From the IMG/VR virus record IMGVR_UViG_2563366824_000007: DNA of 43,405 bases; one strand, given 5' to 3'. Every line of letters begins with the position of its first letter. Position 1 is the stretch's first letter. The DNA comes from a virus. Taxonomy: Duplodnaviria; Heunggongvirae; Uroviricota; Caudoviricetes. Shown here one piece after another: positions 1 through 10,692 of the stretch. The notes under the pieces are model-generated. The model did not search any database. It worked only from the letters and a program-made list of their open reading frames with translations, and was not told the DNA's origin. Both the position numbers and the translations under genes were made by a program.

Positions 1-933
1 ATGGACAACGACAAAATTGATCAACACAGCGACGAAATTGAAGTTGAGAGCGAAGAAAAAGAGCGCGGCAAAAAAATAGAAATAGATGAAGACCGACTCC
101 CCTCCCGGGCGATGGCAATTCATGAGCATATCCGCCAGGATGGTGAAAAAGAGCTGGAACGCGACGCAATGGCACTACTGTGGTCAGCCATTGCGGCGGG
201 TCTGTCGATGGGCGCTTCATTACTGGCAAAAGGGATATTTCATGTAGAACTGGAAGGCGTGCCGGGCAGCTTCTTGCTGGAGAATCTCGGTTATACCTTT
301 GGTTTTATTATCGTCATTATGGCCCGCCAGCAATTATTTACCGAAAACACCGTGACTGCGGTACTACCCGTCATGCAAAAACCGACAATGAGCAACGTTG
401 GCTTACTTATGCGGTTATGGGGCGTCGTGCTGCTGGGTAATATTCTCGGGACAGGTATTGCGGCGTGGGCATTTGAATATATGCCAATCTTCAATGAAGA
501 AACTCGCGATGCATTTGTCAAAATCGGCATGGATGTGATGAAGAACACCCCCAGCGAGATGTTTGCCAACGCGATCATTTCCGGCTGGCTGATCGCCACT
601 ATGGTATGGATGTTTCCTGCAGCGGGTGCGGCAAAGATTGTGGTGATTATATTGATGACCTGGCTTATTGCACTGGGTGACACCACTCACATCGTTGTCG
701 GTTCTGTAGAAATCCTCTATCTGGTGTTTAACGGCACGCTGCACTGGAGCGATTTCATCTGGCCCTTCGCACTACCTACTTTAGCGGGGAACATCTGCGG
801 CGGCACCTTTATCTTCGCGTTAATGAGTCATGCACAGATTCGTAACGACATGAGCAACAAGCGCAAAGCAGAAGCACGCCAAAAAGCAGAACGTGCGGAA
901 AACATTAAGAAAAATGATAAAAACCCGGCATAA
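1..933 (+). CDS. yfdC: Inner-membrane protein YfdC (formate/nitrite transporter family)
   Basis: 310-aa ORF starting at window base 1; hydrophobic multi-TM sequence recognised as the gene that flanks argW in E. coli K-12-type chromosomes. Confidence 0.85.
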   Translation: MDNDKIDQHSDEIEVESEEKERGKKIEIDEDRLPSRAMAIHEHIRQDGEKELERDAMALLWSAIAAGLSMGASLLAKGIFHVELEGVPGSFLLENLGYTFGFIIVIMARQQLFTENTVTAVLPVMQKPTMSNVGLLMRLWGVVLLGNILGTGIAAWAFEYMPIFNEETRDAFVKIGMDVMKNTPSEMFANAIISGWLIATMVWMFPAAGAAKIVVIILMTWLIALGDTTHIVVGSVEILYLVFNGTLHWSDFIWPFALPTLAGNICGGTFIFALMSHAQIRNDMSNKRKAEARQKAERAENIKKNDKNPA

Positions 934-1008
934 ATGGCGAGGGTTTAAGCAATCGAGCGGCAGCGTACTTACCCCGCAGTCCATTAGCGGGTATACTCAT
1001 GCCGCATT

Positions 1009-1083
1009 GTCCTCTTAGTTAAATGGATATAACGAGCCCCTCCTAAGGGCTAATTGCAGGTTCGATTCCTGCAGGGGACACCA
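1009..1083 (+). tRNA. argW: tRNA-Arg (anticodon CCU)
   Basis: 75-nt sequence GTCCTCTTAGTTAAATGG...GGTTCGATTCCTGCAGGGGACACCA; CCT anticodon in the CTCCTAA loop, T-arm GGTTCGATTCC, encoded CCA end. Confidence 0.92.
1069..1083. repeat. attL core, 15-bp CTGCAGGGGACACCA (3' end of argW)
   Basis: Exact 15-mer repeated at 41702..41716; integrase gene lies immediately adjacent. Confidence 0.8.
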
Positions 1084-1244
1084 TTTATCAGTTCGCTCCC
1101 ATCCGTACCAGTCCGCAAAATCCCCTGAATATCAAGCCTTCCGTATATTCACGGTTCGTCATGGTTCGCGTCAGATCGTTGACAGCCGCACACCATGACG
1201 GGTAAAAAGTGGATAAAATAATTTTACCCACCGGATTTTTACCC

Positions 1245-2402
1245 ATGCTCACCGTTAAGCAGATTGAAGCAGCAAAGCCGAAAGAAAAACCATACCGCCT
1301 TCTCGATGGTAATGGCCTGTACCTTTATGTCCCTGTATCCGGGAAAAAGGTATGGCAGCTTCGCTACAAGATTGACGGTAAGGAGAAAATACTGACCGTC
1401 GGAAAATATCCGCTTATGACTTTGCAAGAGGCAAGGGATAAAGCATGGACTGCGAGGAAAGACATCTCGGTTGGCATCGATCCGGTAAAGGCGAAAAAGG
1501 CTTCGTCTAACAACAATTCCTTTAGTGCGATTTACAAGGAATGGTACGAGCATAAGAGGCAAGTCTGGTCAGCCGCCTATGCGACTGAACTTGCAAAAAT
1601 GTTTGATGACGACATTTTACCTATCATCGGCGGCCTTGAAATTCAGGATATTGAGCCGATGCAACTGCTGGAAGTAATCCGCAGATTTGAAGATCGCGGG
1701 GCAATGGAGCGAGCCAACAAAGCACGCAGAAGATGCGGCGAGGTTTTCCGTTACGCTATTGTCACCGGAAGGGCTAAATATAACCCGGCACCTGACCTTG
1801 CTGACGCCATGAAGGGATACCGCAAGAAGAACTTCCCGTTTTTACCTGCCGACCAGATCCCGGCATTCAACAAAGCACTTGCAACATTTTCAGGAAGTAT
1901 CGTATCTCTCATTGCGACCAAAGTTTTACGCTACACAGCACTAAGAACAAAAGAGCTTCGTTCCATGCAATGGAAGAACGTCGATTTTGAAAACAGGATT
2001 ATCACCATCGAGGCCAGTGTGATGAAGGGACGCAAGATTCATGTGGTTCCGATGTCGGACCAGGTTGTTGAACTTCTCACTACGCTAAGCTCCATCACTA
2101 AACCAGTATCAGAGTTTGTTTTTGCCGGGCGCAACGATAAGAAGAAGTCAATCTGCGAGAACGCGGTATTGCTTGTGATCAAACAAATCGGCTATGAGGG
2201 TCTGGAAAGCGGTCACGGATTCAGGCATGAATTCAGCACAATTATGAACGAGCACGAATGGCCTGCTGACGCTATTGAAGTGCAACTGGCACATGCCAAC
2301 GGCGGATCTGTGCGTGGTATTTACAACCATGCTCAGTATCTCGATAAGCGCAGAGAAATGATGCAGTGGTGGGCGGACTGGCTTGATGAAAAGGTGGAGT
2401 GA
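1245..2402 (+). CDS. intS: P4-type tyrosine integrase (IntS-like)
   Basis: N-terminal arm-binding region and C-terminal catalytic motifs (HGFRH ... Y); sits directly 3' of the tRNA; track ORF begins at GTG 1209, in-frame ATG at 1245 preferred. Confidence 0.9.
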   Translation: MLTVKQIEAAKPKEKPYRLLDGNGLYLYVPVSGKKVWQLRYKIDGKEKILTVGKYPLMTLQEARDKAWTARKDISVGIDPVKAKKASSNNNSFSAIYKEWYEHKRQVWSAAYATELAKMFDDDILPIIGGLEIQDIEPMQLLEVIRRFEDRGAMERANKARRRCGEVFRYAIVTGRAKYNPAPDLADAMKGYRKKNFPFLPADQIPAFNKALATFSGSIVSLIATKVLRYTALRTKELRSMQWKNVDFENRIITIEASVMKGRKIHVVPMSDQVVELLTTLSSITKPVSEFVFAGRNDKKKSICENAVLLVIKQIGYEGLESGHGFRHEFSTIMNEHEWPADAIEVQLAHANGGSVRGIYNHAQYLDKRREMMQWWADWLDEKVE

Positions 2403-2551
2403 CCCACCTTAAATACCGAAGAGCACAAAGCCTTGCAATCCAGTGCAAAGCTTTGCGTACCAGAGTTTTTCCTCATCAACTACCGCAAGTATCGATCGAT
2501 TGAGACTTGGATGATAGACTTCATGCCTTTCAGAACTCATTGATTAAATAA

Positions 2552-2914
2552 ATGTTAAATATATTTGCAAGGTACACCTCGATTGGTGTGCTGAACACAC
2601 TTATACACTGGGTGGTTTTTGGTGTATGTATCTATGCCGCGCATACCAATCAGGCTCTGGCAAACTTCGCAGGTTTCGTTGTGGCTGTGAGTTTTAGCTT
2701 CTTCGCGAATGCAAAATTCACATTCAAAGCATCAACTACAACGATGCGCTACATGTTATATGTCGGGTTCATGGGAACACTGAGTGCTACTGTTGGATGG
2801 GCTGCTGATAGATGCGCACTTCCTCCGATGATAACTCTTGTCACCTTCTCCGCCATCAGCCTGGTGTGCGGTTTCGTCTATTCAAAGTTCATTGTCTTTA
2901 GGGATGCGAAATGA
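2552..2914 (+). CDS. gtrA: GtrA-family bactoprenol-linked glucose translocase (flippase)
   Basis: 120-aa small 4-TM protein, first gene of a three-gene operon next to int; overlaps the next gene by 4 nt. Confidence 0.85.
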   Translation: MLNIFARYTSIGVLNTLIHWVVFGVCIYAAHTNQALANFAGFVVAVSFSFFANAKFTFKASTTTMRYMLYVGFMGTLSATVGWAADRCALPPMITLVTFSAISLVCGFVYSKFIVFRDAK

Positions 2915-3828
2915 AAATTTCTTTAGTCGTTCCGGTCTTTAACGAAGAGGCCACGATACCTATTTTTTATAAAACCGTGCGCGAATTTGAAGGGCTTCAG
3001 CAGCATGAAGTCGAGATAGTCTTCATAAACGATGGCAGCAAAGACGCTACAGAATCAATTATCAACGAGCTTGCTGTTGCCGACCCGCTTGTGGTTTCGC
3101 TGTCGTTCACACGTAACTTCGGCAAAGAACCTGCCCTGTTCGCAGGTCTGGACCATGCTACCGGGGAGGCAATTATCCCGATTGACGTTGATCTGCAAGA
3201 CCCTATCGAAGTTATTCCTCACTTGATAGAGAAATGGCAGGCCGGTGCAGATATGGTTCTGGCTAAACGCTCTGACCGCTCCACTGACAGCAGGCTGAAG
3301 CGTAAATCTGCTGAGTGGTTCTATAAACTTCATAACAAAATCAGCACCCCTCAGATAGAAGAGAATGTTGGCGACTTCCGGCTCATGTCTCGCGAAGTAG
3401 TGGAAAACATTAAGCTCATGCCAGAACGAAACCTGTTTATGAAGGGTGTGCTGAGCTGGGTTGGTGGTCGAACCGAAGTCGTAGAATATGCGCGAGCAGA
3501 ACGCGTTGCAGGAAGCACAAAGTTCAATGGATGGAAGCTCTGGAACTTGGCGCTGGAAGGGATCACTAGCTTCTCAACATTCCCGCTGCGCATGTGGACC
3601 TATATTGGGTTATTTATTGCATGTATATCATTTACATACGGTTCATGGATGATAATTGATAAATTAATTTTTGGTAATAATGTACCTGGATACCCTTCAA
3701 TTCTTGTATCAATATTATTTCTTGGCGGCATCCAGTTAATTGGTATTGGAGTGCTAGGTGAGTACATAGGGCGTATCTACGTTGAGGTTAAGCAGCGTCC
3801 AAAGTATATATTAAAGGATAATAAATAA
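2911..3828 (+). CDS. gtrB: GtrB-family bactoprenol glucosyltransferase (GT2)
   Basis: 305 aa with GT2-like N-terminal region (VVPVFNEE ... DGSKD ... DVDLQDP) and two C-terminal TM helices; stop overlaps the gtrC ATG. Confidence 0.9.
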   Translation: MKISLVVPVFNEEATIPIFYKTVREFEGLQQHEVEIVFINDGSKDATESIINELAVADPLVVSLSFTRNFGKEPALFAGLDHATGEAIIPIDVDLQDPIEVIPHLIEKWQAGADMVLAKRSDRSTDSRLKRKSAEWFYKLHNKISTPQIEENVGDFRLMSREVVENIKLMPERNLFMKGVLSWVGGRTEVVEYARAERVAGSTKFNGWKLWNLALEGITSFSTFPLRMWTYIGLFIACISFTYGSWMIIDKLIFGNNVPGYPSILVSILFLGGIQLIGIGVLGEYIGRIYVEVKQRPKYILKDNK

Positions 3829-5285
3829 TGATTTTCAAAAAACAAATTAAATTTATATTCGTAATTTTATTATTTGCGTCATTATTTATGCTATATCACT
3901 TTGCCAGCTTAAACATATTCCCACCAAATACAGATGCGGCAACAGTGCTTTTGCTTGGTAAGGATATGTCAGAAGGTAATTACTTACTTCATGGATGGAT
4001 GCTATCCACGGTTCCTTTTTACTTTACAGAAGTATCTTTTTATGCGATCGCCTCTATATTATTTGGCTACAGCAGTGAGCTTGCATATATAATACCACCA
4101 GCGATGTATGCTACTGTGATATTTTTGATATACAGGCTGTCTACAAATAAATCATTAGCATTAGCGCTAATTATATTCTACTTTGTTTTTCCTGCTGACA
4201 TGGCTGTTACATCAATGCTTTCAGCGTGCATTCACATGGGTACATACATATTTATCATTGGATGCTTAATATTTACAGAAAAGTATATTAAAACAGAAAA
4301 AATATTATTTGTATACTTTTCAACCATACTGTCCTCTATGGCTATTTTTAGCGATAATATCTCAGTCTATATATACGTTGCACCGCTAACATTAGCAGCA
4401 ATGTTTTTGTTGCACAAGGAAAGAAAAAAGAAATACCTTATTATAATGGCTGGATTGTTTTCTTCATATTTAATTTCCAAGGCGATCGGTTTTTTGTTTT
4501 TAAACCTTGGAAGCTTTACATTGCCAGGACTAACAGATGTAAAGATTGTTGAGTATGACAATATTTTAGTTAATATAAATACCGCAGTAAGTGGAACTTT
4601 ATTGTTTTTTAATGCAGACATATTTGGTGAGCAGATAACACCATCACTGCATCTATTATCTAAAGCAATACGCTTTGCTGGTGTTGTTGCATTAATTTAC
4701 TTCACTTTCAGAAATCTTTTTAAAAACAGAAGCGTTATTGATATATGTTTGTCATTGTCTATTTTAATCATGACATCTGCTTATATTGGTAGTAACCTCC
4801 CAAGAAATATATGGACAATAAGATACCTTGTTCCCGTCTTCATTATGGCAGTAATTCTTTTGTCAAGATCTAAATTTAATAAAAAAAGCATTATTTTATT
4901 AATAGCTTTTTTGGGCATCATATCAGGAATTAAAACAATAAATATTAATGGCTCCACTGATAATAGATACAATCAGATATCATGTATTAGAGAAAAAATC
5001 AACGAGCACAAAGTGAATTATGGATATGCCCCTTTTGCATTTACCAACTCTGTTGGTGTGAATGGAGACATAAAAATAGCAAATATACTTTTTGATAACA
5101 ATGAAATTAAAAGAGACAACTGGCTTACAAATAGCGAATGGTATAACAAAGGAAATAATTTCTTTATTCTTGAGAATAAAGAACAATTGAATATTGTGAA
5201 GAAAATTTATGGTCAACCTGAAGATATTGAAAGTGTGTGTGATGTGATTTTTGTCAAATACAGAAACCACATTTACGTCAAATAA
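3828..5285 (+). CDS. GtrC-type serotype-specific O-antigen glucosyltransferase (specificity unknown)
   Basis: 485-aa polytopic membrane protein in the third position of the gtr operon; AT-rich relative to flanking genes; translationally coupled to gtrB. Confidence 0.65.
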   Translation: MIFKKQIKFIFVILLFASLFMLYHFASLNIFPPNTDAATVLLLGKDMSEGNYLLHGWMLSTVPFYFTEVSFYAIASILFGYSSELAYIIPPAMYATVIFLIYRLSTNKSLALALIIFYFVFPADMAVTSMLSACIHMGTYIFIIGCLIFTEKYIKTEKILFVYFSTILSSMAIFSDNISVYIYVAPLTLAAMFLLHKERKKKYLIIMAGLFSSYLISKAIGFLFLNLGSFTLPGLTDVKIVEYDNILVNINTAVSGTLLFFNADIFGEQITPSLHLLSKAIRFAGVVALIYFTFRNLFKNRSVIDICLSLSILIMTSAYIGSNLPRNIWTIRYLVPVFIMAVILLSRSKFNKKSIILLIAFLGIISGIKTININGSTDNRYNQISCIREKINEHKVNYGYAPFAFTNSVGVNGDIKIANILFDNNEIKRDNWLTNSEWYNKGNNFFILENKEQLNIVKKIYGQPEDIESVCDVIFVKYRNHIYVK

Positions 5286-5557
5286 TTATTTTACCCTGAA
5301 GGAGAAGGTTTATTAAAAGAATTTTCCTTCAGGGTAACATGTATAAGTACATAAATTCGCTACATTTTCGCCTAATAATTTGTTTTACTTCAATGATTAA
5401 TAAACGAAAATAAATTTAAAGTCTAAGTATTAGTACCGTAAGCTCTTTTCCTCGTAGATGTGGTTATGTTCCACCAAACAGGAAGGCCGAGCGTTGTATC
5501 GTAGTATTCAACTGGCACAATTGAAGAGACAGGCCTCTGCGCAGTTGTACCATATAA

Positions 5558-5707
5558 CAAAGATGTCAACGGAGAAATGCAGGCCGCAAACTGACTGATG
5601 ATGAAAAAACGCGGCTGAATGCGGTACTCGACTACATCGACGCAGTGACAGCAGTTGATGCTGACGCTGCGCCTGATATCAACTGGCCCGCTCCCCCGGT
5701 TGCGTAG
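5558..5707 (+). pseudogene. Tail fiber assembly (Tfa) 3' remnant, tfaS-like
   Basis: Open frame with no start translating to ...[40 protein letters not shown], which resembles Tfa C-termini; convergent with and overlapping the intact tfa 3' end. Confidence 0.5.
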
Positions 5708-6083
5708 GCCACTCTATTTCGGGTGCCGCTGAGGTATCAACACGGTTCAGCAGTACCCTGTATTTTTTCCACGCCAGCAGTAACGCCTGTTCATCGTCTG
5801 TCGCCATTTCCAAATCAACGGCATCCTGCAGCGGTGCTATTGTGTTATTTGCTACGGTCAGTAGTGCTGATTTCTGCAGCTCAGCCTCCGCAACTAACGC
5901 GTTGTGAGAGCGTTCTGGGGGAGGTGGCGCGGTAAATACTCCGTCTGAATATGACCAACCGATGCCAGCATCGCCGTTTAACGGAACTAAATTACCAGCC
6001 TCTGGTTTCCATTCAGAAATTCCGTCCCAGATAATGACATTAATAACAACGTTATTATCAACAACTGCATAGATATCATTCAT
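5679..6083 (-). CDS. Tail fiber assembly protein (Tfa family)
   Basis: 134 aa; C-terminus ...[25 protein letters not shown] typical of Tfa chaperones; directly downstream of the tail fiber gene. Confidence 0.8.
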   Translation of the reverse strand: MNDIYAVVDNNVVINVIIWDGISEWKPEAGNLVPLNGDAGIGWSYSDGVFTAPPPPERSHNALVAEAELQKSALLTVANNTIAPLQDAVDLEMATDDEQALLLAWKKYRVLLNRVDTSAAPEIEWPTQPGERAS

Positions 6084-7016
6084 TTACATGTACTCCCGAA
6101 TTACCAGCACGCCATTAGCTCCGTGCCCGCCACGTCCTGACGTGTGTGAATAGCTATTATCGTATGCACCCCCGCCGCCGGAGCCAGAGCAAACTCCAGG
6201 ATTACCGCTCAGTTGCCCAGCGCGGCCGCCGCCACCCCAATAGCTCGATGCCCCATTGCCTACTAATAGCGCCTGGCCCGCCTGTCCGTCTGAACCGTCT
6301 CCGCCTTGTTCTGTTTTATAACCGCCAGAGCCTGAGCCACCGCGCCCGCCAGCGGTATTTGTAGCGCCGCCCCATTGCCCACCCTGGCCGCCGAGCGCAG
6401 TTAATGTCATGAACGAACTATTACCGCCATTATTTCCAGACCCTGGCCCATTGGCACCACTACCACCGCTACCAATTGTCACTGTATAGGTCCCTGGCCC
6501 GGCATCGTTGTCTGTCGCATAAATAGTGGCAAAAACAGTACCTCCGGCTCCTCCGCCAGCCCCTGAAAATGTCTGATTTGCGTTCTCCGCGTTACATCCA
6601 CCGCCACCGCCGCCCGCCGCAGTCAGAATAACGTCAATTCGTTTTACGTCAGCTGGCCACGTATATGAACCCGACGATGAAAAAACGACAGTTTTGCTGT
6701 AACGCCCCGAGCCATCTCCCAAACCAAGGTTTTCGAGAGCCGTTTTCACCGTGCCATCCGATTTGATATCGCCAAACGGATTCTTGCGGCTTAACAGCAG
6801 CGCGCGAAGCGCGGTAAGTAGCTGGTCGTGCCGCCCCTTATCCAAGCTGGCACCGGACGCCTCCACAACGCTGCAAAGCTCCTCCTGCAACATGTCAAAG
6901 TAGTCATCATCCAGATCGGTGGCAGGCGTGCAGGTCTGGGGGTTACCACGGGTAAAACCGTTCTTACCCGCGCCGAACTTATCCTTCTGCGCGGTTTTCG
7001 TGTCTATACGATGCAT
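6084..7016 (-). CDS. Tail fiber protein (glycine-rich)
   Basis: 310 aa with extensive GGxGG / GSGG repeats; located between a baseplate gene and tfa. Confidence 0.7.
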   Translation of the reverse strand: MHRIDTKTAQKDKFGAGKNGFTRGNPQTCTPATDLDDDYFDMLQEELCSVVEASGASLDKGRHDQLLTALRALLLSRKNPFGDIKSDGTVKTALENLGLGDGSGRYSKTVVFSSSGSYTWPADVKRIDVILTAAGGGGGGCNAENANQTFSGAGGGAGGTVFATIYATDNDAGPGTYTVTIGSGGSGANGPGSGNNGGNSSFMTLTALGGQGGQWGGATNTAGGRGGSGSGGYKTEQGGDGSDGQAGQALLVGNGASSYWGGGGRAGQLSGNPGVCSGSGGGGAYDNSYSHTSGRGGHGANGVLVIREYM

Positions 7017-7019
7017 GGA

Positions 7020-7604
7020 TTACTCCGGATATTTAAAAATTACGTAGGTATGCGACGGGCAGAGTTTGTTAAGCACACACTCGACAACGGTGTCGCCCCA
7101 GATACGCAGTGCGGAATCACAGGGATCGCCACATGTCATCCAGGTGGTGTTGGTGGCAGCTGGCATGTTGACCTGCCAGTAATACCGCCATTCCGGCGCA
7201 TTCACCGCGTCAGTACAGGCCGATGAGCAGGTGAACGTGCTTTTGTCGTATCGCGTGATGTTGGCATCTGGTCTGCCCAGGGCAGCAAGCTGTGCAAGAT
7301 AAAAATTCTCGTTGATGCTGCCCGCCAGGTTAACCTTCGCATCCAGCCGTTGCTGACGCTGACGAAGGGTCTGTGTCCCTGCGGGAATACATTCATCCGG
7401 CAGACCGCACAGACGCTCCCAGCGGTTTATCAGTTCAGTGGTGGTGCGCGGATCCAGCTCCCGCATCAGGGCATCCGCACGCTGATGAACACGGGTTAAT
7501 GACGGTGCCGCACCGGCAATCGCCGGATCGCTGGCTGACCACGCCGGACCGGGGGGCAACAGTGCCGACAACAGACGGATGTAATCATCGTTTGTCACGT
7601 CCAT
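7020..7604 (-). CDS. Mu gp48-like tail/baseplate protein (DUF2313-like)
   Basis: 194-aa ORF downstream of the baseplate J-like gene in conserved Mu-like order. Confidence 0.65.
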   Translation of the reverse strand: MDVTNDDYIRLLSALLPPGPAWSASDPAIAGAAPSLTRVHQRADALMRELDPRTTTELINRWERLCGLPDECIPAGTQTLRQRQQRLDAKVNLAGSINENFYLAQLAALGRPDANITRYDKSTFTCSSACTDAVNAPEWRYYWQVNMPAATNTTWMTCGDPCDSALRIWGDTVVECVLNKLCPSHTYVIFKYPE

Positions 7605-8653
7605 GAAATCGTCCCCAGAACCGCCAGTTCATTTTTTGCAATGGAGATATTGTCTGCCGGTGCAAGCAACTGATGGCTGTATTCCCCGTTCGCACCGGAA
7701 ATCGCCTCACTGATACGCGATACCTTCAGTTCTCCCTGCGGATAACCATCACGCAGCAGGAACGAACGCAACTCCGCGGTGATGGCAGCCCGTATTTCCG
7801 GTGTGTCCGGCGTCACGCGGATATGAAAATCCACCGTATGTGCCACCGGCCTGAACACATACAAATCAGAGCCTGCCACCGGGGCCAGTGGCTCGATATG
7901 TTGTCTTGCCGCCGTTTCCGTTGATTCTTCCGGAATGGGATTAATCAGGTCACTGCTGGCAATCATCACACCGACAGTTCCCGTTCCCATCCAGTGACGG
8001 TATGTCCATGCGCGGGTAATGCCGGGCACTTCTTTAGCCCAGACGACATAGTCCCCGTCAGCCCCGCCCTGAGGCGTCCAGTAATACCGCTCAATGACGC
8101 GGGCGCGCCACGTTTCCAGCTCTTCAGTATCAAATCCACCTGTCAGGGTATCTGCCACGCCGGAAGACGGCAGACCATTCACCGGCGTGACCAGGATTAA
8201 TGACGTACCGTCGTCAGCGTTACCGACCGCGCCTGCACTTGAGCAGGCGATCGGCACGCGCAGGACACCACCGGAGCTGGTTGCATCGGCAGTTGCCGTG
8301 TACTGAACCAGGTCATCGCGCTGAATCACGCTCCCGGCAGTCACCTTCAGGCCATCGCTGACACCTTCCCAGCGCATATACCCGCTGGCAGCCGTGGCCC
8401 CCTTGCGCGGACACCGTTTCATCGCAGCATGTCGCGCCAGCCAGGACTCATCGCACAGGTCAGGCAGCATATTCATTGCCAGATAATCGATGTACCCGTA
8501 AACCGTATGCAGCGCCGCCGCATACACCTTTGCCCGCACGTCTTCATCCATGCGCCGGAGCGTGTCGCTGACGTCCAGCCTGGCGAATAAATCGTTACGG
8601 AGCATACTGATATTTTCTGCCAGCGTCGGGCGCTGAAATTCACTGTCCGCCAT
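7595..8653 (-). CDS. Baseplate J-like protein (Mu gp47-like)
   Basis: 352 aa; position and size in the Mu-like baseplate block; overlaps neighbouring genes. Confidence 0.75.
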   Translation of the reverse strand: MADSEFQRPTLAENISMLRNDLFARLDVSDTLRRMDEDVRAKVYAAALHTVYGYIDYLAMNMLPDLCDESWLARHAAMKRCPRKGATAASGYMRWEGVSDGLKVTAGSVIQRDDLVQYTATADATSSGGVLRVPIACSSAGAVGNADDGTSLILVTPVNGLPSSGVADTLTGGFDTEELETWRARVIERYYWTPQGGADGDYVVWAKEVPGITRAWTYRHWMGTGTVGVMIASSDLINPIPEESTETAARQHIEPLAPVAGSDLYVFRPVAHTVDFHIRVTPDTPEIRAAITAELRSFLLRDGYPQGELKVSRISEAISGANGEYSHQLLAPADNISIAKNELAVLGTISWT

Positions 8654-9068
8654 GCGTTATCGCACTCCACAGATCATCAAAAGAAATCATTACCGGTCCG
8701 TCACGACGCCAGAGAGTGATACTGTTACCCAGTTCATTAATCCCGGTGCGGCGGATATCCAGATCAATACGGGACACCACGCCGTCATCAATCATCCATT
8801 GCAGGCATTCGCGGATATACCCCTTTACCGTCTGCACCAGCTGATTGGTCAGTTTGCTGCGCTGAAGCAGCCACAGCCGGGAGCCGTAACGGTCATTCTG
8901 TACCGCAGGCCAGGTATCCCCCCACCATCCCATCGGGACGTCGGCGTTGTCATCAGGCTCCGCCCGCCGCCAGGTAAACAGGGAAATCACCACGGCGCGG
9001 GTCAGCGGATCCAGCGGTGCGCTGGCGCAGGTGCGTTTACCGTTCACCGTCAGCCACAGTTCCATCAT
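8640..9068 (-). CDS. Mu gp46-like baseplate protein
   Basis: 142 aa; synteny between the gp45-like and gp47-like genes. Confidence 0.65.
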   Translation of the reverse strand: MMELWLTVNGKRTCASAPLDPLTRAVVISLFTWRRAEPDDNADVPMGWWGDTWPAVQNDRYGSRLWLLQRSKLTNQLVQTVKGYIRECLQWMIDDGVVSRIDLDIRRTGINELGNSITLWRRDGPVMISFDDLWSAITHGGQ

Positions 9069-9613
9069 GCCTCCATCGCTTTATCAGGTTTGTCGGTGTT
9101 ACTGCCCTGACCGTTCTCTCTGTGACGATGCCCGTTATAGGCAAGCCGCATCGCTGACATGGTGGTGCCGCCGGAGTCGCACAGGTCTTTCACCTGTCCT
9201 GTCACTTCCAGGTCCATTTCAAAACGTGCTTTAGGTGAATTGCGAAACGTGATCGTTTTACCTGCACCGTCCACCACGATCCCCTCCCGGGTCAGCGTCA
9301 CGGACTGCCCCTGATCGTCATAGACAGCCACCTCACCCGTCTGCAGCCCTTTCAGGCGGTAGCGCCGGTCCGACACCGTAACAACCACCGCATGAGAACG
9401 GTCGCCATCCGGAAACAACACCACCGCTTCCGCACCGCTGTTTGCCCTTGAGGTAAAACCGTAGGGTTCAAGATGTTCAACCCCTGCTTTGGGTTCACCG
9501 GCAATCAGGGACACATCCACGGTCTGACATTTCGTGGCGGCACTGATGCTTTTCACCACGGCCCGCCCAATCAGGCCGAGGAGTTGTCGCTGCATGGCTT
9601 CAATCGTCCTCAT
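9065..9613 (-). CDS. Baseplate assembly protein V / spike (Mu gp45-like)
   Basis: 182 aa; synteny, translationally coupled. Confidence 0.7.
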   Translation of the reverse strand: MRTIEAMQRQLLGLIGRAVVKSISAATKCQTVDVSLIAGEPKAGVEHLEPYGFTSRANSGAEAVVLFPDGDRSHAVVVTVSDRRYRLKGLQTGEVAVYDDQGQSVTLTREGIVVDGAGKTITFRNSPKARFEMDLEVTGQVKDLCDSGGTTMSAMRLAYNGHRHRENGQGSNTDKPDKAMEA

Positions 9614-10692
9614 CAGAACGGGTCCTCCTGTACTCTGGCTTTTTTCTTTTTCCGCGCGCTGGGGGCTTCGGGTTCAGGCAGATAAGCATCAGGTGGGCCG
9701 ACACGGATTTCCGTCAGGGTGCCGTTCTGGTCCTGAGTAAACGTGACTTCCGAAACAAGCAGTTCGGTATTGTCGAAACCACAGACCGGATCAAAGACAA
9801 TCACCCGCTGGTTGGGCTGCCACAGCGTACCGTTACCCTGTCGCCAACCCTGCACCACATAGGTGGTTTCATCCGTCCGCGCCGCCCGTTGTCGGGCTTC
9901 AAAGTCCGCACGGGCAATACAGCCTGCCCCCGTAGCCTGCCCTGTCTGCCTGATATACATCGGACGGTAACGGGCAATAAATGCGTCCTCTGTGCGGGCC
10001 CGCAGCGCGGTGGTGGTGGCCTCACCGAAATCATCGTCGTTTCCGGCACGCTGCCCCGCCACCTGGTAAACAGAAAACCGCTCCCGGATACTCTTCTCCG
10101 TATCACAGGAAAGGATGTTTTCCCCAAGTACCAGCGCGGTATGTGCCCGCGTTGAGCCAATACCACCAATCACCAGCCTGCCGTGCGGGTCGTCATAAGC
10201 CAGCGCCTGCTGCTGACCGAGTATTTTGTTGATCACCTCAATCACCGTTTCACCGTGATCAGGCTGGACATCCGGAATAACACCCGACGGCGCATCGCTG
10301 TTCACCACCTCAATGCCGAAAGGCGCAGCAAGCGCCTGCGCAATCTGTACCAGCGATCGTCCGTTAAACTGTGTCGGTTCGGCTGCACAGTCAATCAGGT
10401 CAGCAGTCAGACTACGTCCGGCAATACCGGTGCTGACCGAACGGGCATCGTAACGAACGGGGGTCGCCTCCACCCAGCCGGTGATCACCAGCTCATCACC
10501 AATCAGCACTTCCACTTTTGAACCATTTTTAATGCGCGGCTGAAGCGTGGTGATACCCTCATCTCCCGGCCACTGGCGGGTGATCTCCACACTGAAATCC
10601 CGCGCCAGCCGTTCAATACCGGCACCGATGCGCACCGATGTCCAGCCATTCCACTCCCGGCCATTTACCCGTAGCGTGACATTGTCGTTCAT
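9613..10692 (-). CDS. Baseplate hub / tail protein (Mu gp44 P-like, gpD-like)
   Basis: 359 aa; synteny downstream of the DNA circulation gene. Confidence 0.7.
   Translation of the reverse strand: MNDNVTLRVNGREWNGWTSVRIGAGIERLARDFSVEITRQWPGDEGITTLQPRIKNGSKVEVLIGDELVITGWVEATPVRYDARSVSTGIAGRSLTADLIDCAAEPTQFNGRSLVQIAQALAAPFGIEVVNSDAPSGVIPDVQPDHGETVIEVINKILGQQQALAYDDPHGRLVIGGIGSTRAHTALVLGENILSCDTEKSIRERFSVYQVAGQRAGNDDDFGEATTTALRARTEDAFIARYRPMYIRQTGQATGAGCIARADFEARQRAARTDETTYVVQGWRQGNGTLWQPNQRVIVFDPVCGFDNTELLVSEVTFTQDQNGTLTEIRVGPPDAYLPEPEAPSARKKKKARVQEDPF

Noticed and set aside
1209-1244. Upstream GTG/TTG starts used by the ORF track for intS and several other genes (HNH, TerS, Rz, Rz1, AraC, Q, yfdR)
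   Set aside because: In-frame ATGs with better ribosome-binding sites and expected protein lengths exist slightly downstream; some extensions would translate terminator hairpins or abut the ribosome-binding site with no spacing
5294-5334. 10-bp inverted repeat CCCTGAAGGA / TCCTTCAGGG after gtrC considered as an intrinsic terminator
   Set aside because: 21-nt AT-rich loop and no U-run on either strand, so not a canonical terminator; left unannotated
5286-5707. Search for a Gin/Pin-type DNA invertase and inversion sites next to the convergent tfa copies
   Set aside because: No serine-recombinase ORF anywhere in the window and no clear 26-bp inverted repeats; the tfa fragment is treated as a relic
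6084-7016. Glycine-rich repetitive DNA in the tail fiber gene considered as a separate repeat element
   Set aside because: The repeats are in frame and encode GGxGG motifs typical of tail fibers; not an independent element
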